DNA of 64,000 nucleotides from Gammaproteobacteria bacterium (GTDB lineage Bacteria; Pseudomonadota; Gammaproteobacteria; JAJFKO01): NCBI GenBank assembly GCA_021773175.1, contig JAJFKO010000043.1, positions 87,757 to 151,756 of the forward strand, read 5' to 3'. Shown piece by piece: positions 63,627 to 64,000 of this stretch (position 1 is its first letter; each line of letters starts with the position of its first letter). The notes under the pieces were generated by a model. It saw only the letters and a program-made list of their open reading frames with translations, ran no database searches and was not told where the DNA came from. The position numbers and the translations under genes were made by a program.

Positions 63627-64000
63627 ATGTCATCCTCATTTTTCTAAAGAATAAAAAATTATATATTTAGGATTCTTGCAGGAGTTGAGATTATAACTGA
63701 CAATACTCGGCGAAAAATGAAACCAACACGACATAATTCGCCGAATATTGTTGACAGGTTGGCATTTTTCGTCAAATATTGCTGAATTAATACAAGGTGA
63801 TAGAAGCATATCGTTGCTAGCTTCACTGCAGATAGGTAAAACTACGCTAATTGCTGGATTATCCGCAGCGCTGAGCATTTCTTTAATTCAGCCTCGACTG
63901 CTTCTTTGCTATGGAAAGGATCCATTCATACTAAGTGATGAAGTCGAAGCTAGAGCTGAATCTGTAAGCGAATATACCTTATATTCAACCAACATTAACA

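Noticed and set aside
63636-64000. 80-aa minus-strand ORF and neighbouring short frames at the window edge
   Set aside because: No RBS or recognisable motif; may be a decayed gene fragment but cannot be supported from this window.

Overview
AT-rich gammaproteobacterial chromosome segment. Gene content and order suggest a Legionellales/Coxiellaceae-like host-associated lineage (inference). The core backbone is: kdsD-kdsC-lptCAB-rpoN-hpf-hprK-rapZ-EIIA-ptsH (minus strand); mlaFEDCB-ibaG-murA; prfC, O-methyltransferase, ampG and a ZIP transporter; lnt and hutU; and a ccmC-I cytochrome c maturation operon with no ccmAB in this window, split by an AAA+ ATPase islet. Orphan, effector-like genes are interleaved with this backbone. 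These include a 4365-aa helical giant that appears to be built from two highly diverged ~1.4-kaa tandem units plus a PPQGY-repeat tail, a 3666-aa giant fusing a putative His-Asn-Gln-Cys protease to a DUF3638-type DExH ATPase, an NLRP-like LRR protein with SUMO/NLS-like tail motifs, and a 594-aa orphan. Non-coding signals read from the sequence are a 6S-RNA-like gene with its own sigma70 promoter, a lux/tra-box-like operator, two families of palindromic MITE-like elements, a twin 33-bp palindrome upstream of the AAA+ ATPase, a frameshifted SnoaL-like pseudogene and a candidate sigma54 promoter. All family assignments come from motif recognition by eye; no database searches were run.
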